The position numbers were made by a program, and so were the translations under genes. Positions 61,151 through 64,000 of a stretch of 64,000 nucleotides of DNA are shown here, one piece after another; the stretch's first letter is position 1, and the number at the start of each line of letters is the position of its first letter. Under the pieces are notes generated by a model. The model saw only the letters and a program-made list of their open reading frames with translations, was not told the DNA's origin and searched no databases. The DNA is from Eledone cirrhosa (taxonomy: Eukaryota): positions 407,898,001 through 407,962,000 of the forward strand of contig OZ024741.1 in NCBI GenBank assembly GCA_964016885.1, in the 5' to 3' direction.

Positions 61151-64000
61151 GTTGGTACTGGTGGTGTTGGTGGTAGTGTTGGTGGTAGTGTTGGTACTGC
61201 TGGTGTTGGTGGTAGTGTTGGTACTGGTGGTGTTGGTGGTAGTGTTGGTACTGGTGGTGTTGGTGGTAGTGTTGTTACTGGTGGTGTTGGTGGTAGTGTT
61301 GGTACTGGTGGTGTTGGTGGTAGTGATGGTACTGGTGGTGTTGGTGGTAGTGTTGGTACTGGTGGTTTTGGTGGTATTGTTGGTACTGGTGGTGTTGGTG
61401 GTAGTGTTGGTACTGGTGGTGTTGGTGGTAGTGTTGGTACTGGTGGTGTTGGTGGTAGTGTTGGTACTGGTGGTGTTGGTGGTAGTGTTGGTACTGGTGG
61501 TGTTGGTGGTAGTGTTGGTACTGGTGGTGTTGGTGGTAGTGTTGGTACTGATGGTGTTGGTACTGGTGGTGTTCGTGGTATTGTTGGTACTGGTGGTGTT
61601 GGTAGTAGTGTTGGCACTGGTGGTGTTGGTAGTAGTGTTGGTACTGGTGGTGTTGGTGATAGTGTTGGTACTGGTACTGGTGGTGTTGGTGGTAGTGTTG
61701 GAATTGGTGGTGTTGGTTGTAGTGTTGGTACTGGTGGTGTTGGTGGTAGTGTTGGTACTAGTGGTGTTGGCGTTGGTGGTACTGTTGGTACTGGTGGTGT
61801 TGGTGGTAGTGTTGGTGGTAGTGTTGGTACTGCTGGTGTTGGTGGTAGTGTTGGTACTGGTGGTGTTGGTGGTAGTGTTGGTACTGGTGGTGTTGGTGGT
61901 AGTGTTGTTACTGGTGGTGTTGGTGGTAGTGTTGGTACTGGTGGTGTTGGTGGTAGTGTTGTTACTTGTGGTGTTGGTGGTAGTGTTGGTACTGATGGTG
62001 TTGGTGGTAGTGTTGTTAGTGGTGGTGTGGGGGTAGTGTTGTTACTGGTAGTATTGGTGGTAGTGTTGGTACTGATGGTGGAGGTGGTAGTGTTGGTACT
62101 GGTGGCGTTGGTGTTGGTGGTAGTGTTTATACTGGTGGTGTTGGTGGTAGTGTTGGTACTGGTGGTGTTGGTGGTAGTGTTGGTACTGGTGGTGTTGGTG
62201 GTAGTGTTGGTACTGGTGGTGTTGGTGGTAGTGTTGGTACTGCTGGTGTTGGTGGTAGTGTTGGTACTGGTGGTGTTGGTGGTAGTGTTGGTACTGGTGG
62301 TGTTGGTGGTAGTGTTGTTACTGGTGGTGTTGGTGGTAGTGTTGGTACTGCTGGTGTTGGTGGTAGTGTTGGTACTGGTGGTGTTGGTGGTAGTGTTGGT
62401 ACTGGTGGTGTTGGTGGTAGTGTTGTTACTGGTGGTATTGGTGGTAGTGTTGGTACTGGTCGTGTTGGTGGTAGTGTTGGTACTGGTGGTGTTGGTGGTA
62501 GTATTTGTACTGGTGGTGTTGGTGGTAGTGTTGGTACTGGAACTGGTGGTGTTGGTGGTTGTGTTGGTACTGGTAGTGTTGGTGGTAGTGTTGTTACTGG
62601 TTGTGTTGGTGCTAGTGTTGTTACTGGTGGTGTTGGTGGTAGTTTTGGTACAGGTGGTGTTGGTGGTAGTGTTGGTACTGGTGGTGGAGGTGGTAGTGTT
62701 GGTACTGGTGGTGTTGGTGGTAGTGTTGGATCTGGTGGTGTTGGTGGTATTGTTGGTACTGGTGGTGTTGGTGGTAGTGTTGGTACTGGTGGTGTTGGTG
62801 GTAGTGTTGGTACTGTTGGTGTTGGTGGTAGTGTTGGTACTGGTGGTGTTGGTGGTAGTGTTGGTACTGGTGGTGTTGGTTTTAGTGTTGGTACTGGTAC
62901 TGGTGGTGTTGGTGGTAGTGTTGGTACTGGTGGTGTTGGTGGTAGTGTTGGCACTGGTGGTGTTGGTAGTAGTGTTGGTACTGGTGGTGTTGGTGGTAGT
63001 GTTGGTACTGGTGGTGTTGGTGGTAGTGTTGGAATTGGTGGTGTTGGTTGAAGTGTTGGTACTGGTGGTGTTGGTGGTAGTGTTGGTACTGGTACTGGTG
63101 GTGTTGGTGGTAGTGTTGGTACTAGTGGTGTTGGCGTTGGTGGTATTGTTGTTACTGGTGGTGTTGGTGGTAGTGTTGGTACTGGTGGTGTTGGTGGTAG
63201 TGATGGCACTGGTGGTGTTGGTAGTAGTATTGGTACTGGTGGTGTTGGTGGTAGTGTTTGTACTGGTGGTGTTGGTGGTAGTGTTGGTACTGGTGGTGTT
63301 GGTGGTATTGTTGGTACTGGTGGTGTTGATGGTAGTATTGGTACTGGTGGTGTTGGTGGTAGTGTTGTTACTGATGGTGTTGGTGGTAGTGTTGGTACTT
63401 GTACTGTTGGTGTTGGTGGTAGTGTTGGTACTGGTGGTGTTGGTGGAAGTGTTGGTACTGATGGTGTTGGTACTGGTGGTGTTGGTGGTAGTGTTGGTAC
63501 TTGTGGTGTTGGAGGTAGTGTTGGTACTGGTGGTGTTGGTGGTAGTGTTGGTACTGCTGGTGTTGGTGGTAGTTTTGGTACTGGTGGTGTTGGTGGTAGT
63601 GATGGCACTGGTGGTGTTGGTAGTAGTGTTGGTACTGGTGGTGTTGGTGGTATTGTTGATACTGGTGGTGTTGGTTGTAGTGTTGGTACTGATGGTGTTG
63701 GTACTCGTAGTGTTGGTACTGGTGTTGTTGGTGGTAGTGTTGGTACTGGTGGTGTTGGCGGTAGTGTTGGTACTGGTGGTGTTGGTTGTAGTGTTGGTAC
63801 TGGTGGTGTTGGTACTGGTAGTGTTGGTACTGGTGTTGTTGGTGGTAGTGTTGGTACTGGTGGTGTTGGTGGTAGTGTTGGTACTGCTGGTGTTGGTGGT
63901 AGTGTTGGTACTGGTGGTTTTGGTGGTAGTGTTCGCACTGGTGGTGTTGGTAGTAGTGTTGGTACTGGTGGTGTTGGTGGTATTGTTGGTACTGGTGGTG

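Larger units (their letters stand above)
1..64000 (+). repeat. 27-bp GT-rich tandem repeat array (minisatellite/satellite), consensus GGTGGTAGTGTTGGTACTGGTGGTGTT, about 2,300-2,400 head-to-tail copies, extends beyond both window ends
   Basis: Seen directly: the consensus monomer or close variants recur on every line from base 1 to 64000, for example the pure run at about 61380-61545. G+T is 24/27 of the + strand monomer, and I saw no inverted (C/A-rich) segment. Confidence 0.99.

Noticed and set aside
9-62036. Giant poly-Val/Leu plus-strand ORFs (up to 2876 aa) as membrane proteins
   Set aside because: They arise because every third base is T (NTN codons cannot be stops). Starts are GTG/TTG inside the repeat, the translation is continuously hydrophobic and implausible, and ORFs switch peptide type at indels.
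1697-63938. Pro/Thr-rich extensin-like minus-strand ORFs (PTLPPTPPV)n
   Set aside because: They begin and end at sporadic point variants of the repeat, such as TAT variants creating TAA on the minus strand. No gene structure is visible.
1-64000. CRISPR array (27-bp repeat length is in range)
   Set aside because: There are no unique spacers (monomers are directly head-to-tail), no leader and no cas genes.
1-64000. Telomerase-synthesised telomere (G/T-rich strand, TGGTGT core as in long yeast telomeric repeats)
   Set aside because: kb-scale duplications of variant patterns indicate recombination-based amplification, not templated addition, and the length and heterogeneity do not fit. A subtelomeric location cannot be judged from this window.
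1-64000. Chi-like sites: the consensus contains ACTGGTGG, 7/8 identical to E. coli Chi GCTGGTGG, with exact matches in some variants (e.g. 4653)
   Set aside because: This is expected by chance in a GGT-based repeat, and nothing suggests a RecBCD-bearing bacterial host.
1-64000. Variant monomers as an information-bearing cassette library (antigenic variation or DGR-like system)
   Set aside because: No recombinase, reverse transcriptase, expression site or cassette boundaries are present. The variant patterns are explained by point mutation plus nested duplication.

Overview
The whole 64 kb window is one uninterrupted, single-orientation tandem-repeat (minisatellite/satellite) array. The monomer is 27 bp, consensus GGTGGTAGTGTTGGTACTGGTGGTGTT, with about 2,300-2,400 copies (64000/27 is about 2370). 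The monomer is 13 G, 11 T, 2 A, 1 C, has no CpG and is made of NNT triplets. I see no unique sequence, recognisable gene, RNA gene, transposon or CRISPR array, and the array runs off both ends of the window. The long ORFs in the track are a by-product of the repeat: five of six frames of the consensus have no stop codon (GGSVGTGGV, VVVLVLVVL, NTTSTNTTT, TPPVPTLPP, HHQYQHYHQ). The register is broken by roughly 40 non-triplet indels (counted by eye), many copied identically between duplicated blocks, so I call no CDS. The real structure is nested: triplet, then 12+15 bp submonomers, 27 bp monomer, 81/87/141/330 bp units, 1.4-3 kb duplications and a three-copy 6.3-6.9 kb higher-order repeat, with a left-to-right turnover of monomer variants. 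One non-repeat-like site (TGAA-T9-ACAG, 19903-19919) resembles a splice acceptor. The sequence is most likely eukaryotic (inference). I found no convincing evidence for a new biological system, and the functional ideas below are hypotheses.
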